A stretch of 36,345 nucleotides of DNA from a virus. Taxonomy: Duplodnaviria; Caudoviricetes. Location of the stretch: IMG/VR virus record IMGVR_UViG_3300017766_001376, positions 1-36,345 of that record; one strand, given 5' to 3'. Below the pieces are notes generated by a model. The model had not been told where the DNA came from. It searched no databases and worked only from the letters and a program-made list of their open reading frames with translations. The position numbers were made by a program, and so were the translations under genes. Shown here piece after piece: positions 35,919 to 36,345 of this stretch. Each line of letters starts with the position of its first letter. Position 1 is the stretch's first letter.

Positions 35919-36345
35919 ATGTCAATGGACTTTTCAAACAACACACCCTACGATACCCTCGTAGAAAAATGGAACCCTCTACTAGCTCACGAGGCCCTTC
36001 CAGAAATCGGCGATAGTTATAAGAAGAAGGTAACTGCAGTTCTATTAGAAAACCAAGAGAAGGCTCTGCGCGAGCAATATCTAATCGAAGCCCCCAACGC
36101 AATGGGTGGTGGATTCAGCGTAACCAACGTAGCATCAGGTCTTGGTAACGGTGCAGGTGCTCTAGCAGGTTACGATCCAATTCTAATCAGCCTAGTTCGT
36201 CGTAGCATGCCAAACCTAATGGCCTACGATCTAGCTGGCGTTCAACCAATGAGCGCACCAACCGGTCTAATCTTTGCTATGCGTAGCAAGTACGACAGGC
36301 AATTACCAACCGGCAGCCCAGGTGCACAAGCTGCTGGTTCTGGTC
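35919..36345 (+). CDS. gp23: Major capsid protein gp23, 5' part (runs off the window; absent from the ORF track)
   Basis: Own translation: MSMDFSNNTPYDTLVEKWNPLLAHEALPEIGDSYKKKVTAVLLENQE...GYDPILISLVRRSMPNLMAYDLAGVQPMSAPTGLIFAMRSKY; AAGGAGA RBS at 35904-35910. Confidence 0.98.
   Translation, partial: MSMDFSNNTPYDTLVEKWNPLLAHEALPEIGDSYKKKVTAVLLENQEKALREQYLIEAPNAMGGGFSVTNVASGLGNGAGALAGYDPILISLVRRSMPNLMAYDLAGVQPMSAPTGLIFAMRSKYDRQLPTGSPGAQAAGSG

Noticed and set aside
14-35919. Many neighbouring genes share a reading frame, suggesting general readthrough
   Set aside because: By my count 11 of 27 junctions are in frame, close to the one third expected by chance, and one has a double stop.
8642-36102. 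Minus-strand ORFs (e.g. 21517..22251, 22462..22875, 8642..9031, 35902..36102) and nested plus-strand ORFs
   Set aside because: They overlap well-supported genes and read as antisense or frame shadows without recognisable motifs. 35902..36102 lies opposite gp23.
1-36345. CRISPR array, tRNA or structured ncRNA
   Set aside because: Intergenic gaps are all under about 70 nt and no spaced repeats or cloverleaf were seen.

Overview
This window is the virion-morphogenesis region of an AT-rich, T4-like myophage; nearly all of it is coding on the + strand. In order it holds a gp27-like baseplate hub (split into two ORFs, 5' end outside the window), gp25, gp6, gp7, gp8, a short DUF4815/VrlC-like protein, and a ~15 kb block of six fibre/adhesin genes. 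A small Cys-rich protein follows, then gp13, gp14, gp15, gp16, gp17, an unusually short gp18, gp19, gp20, two prohead core proteins, gp21, a 675-aa unknown, gp22 and the start of gp23. T4-type late promoters (TATAAATA/CATAAATA) punctuate the region. Most unusual: (i) four collagen/lectin fibre proteins with 11 Cys-rich G-x-C-C repeats, plus extra Cys in baseplate proteins, followed by a candidate Cys-rich maturation protein; (ii) a G-x-[TS] motif pervading external tail, neck and baseplate proteins but scarce in internal ones, a possible glycosylation sequon; (iii) a lectin fibre with a 565-aa Cys-flanked, membrane-helix-like extension. All family calls are by eye from motifs and synteny, not database searches.
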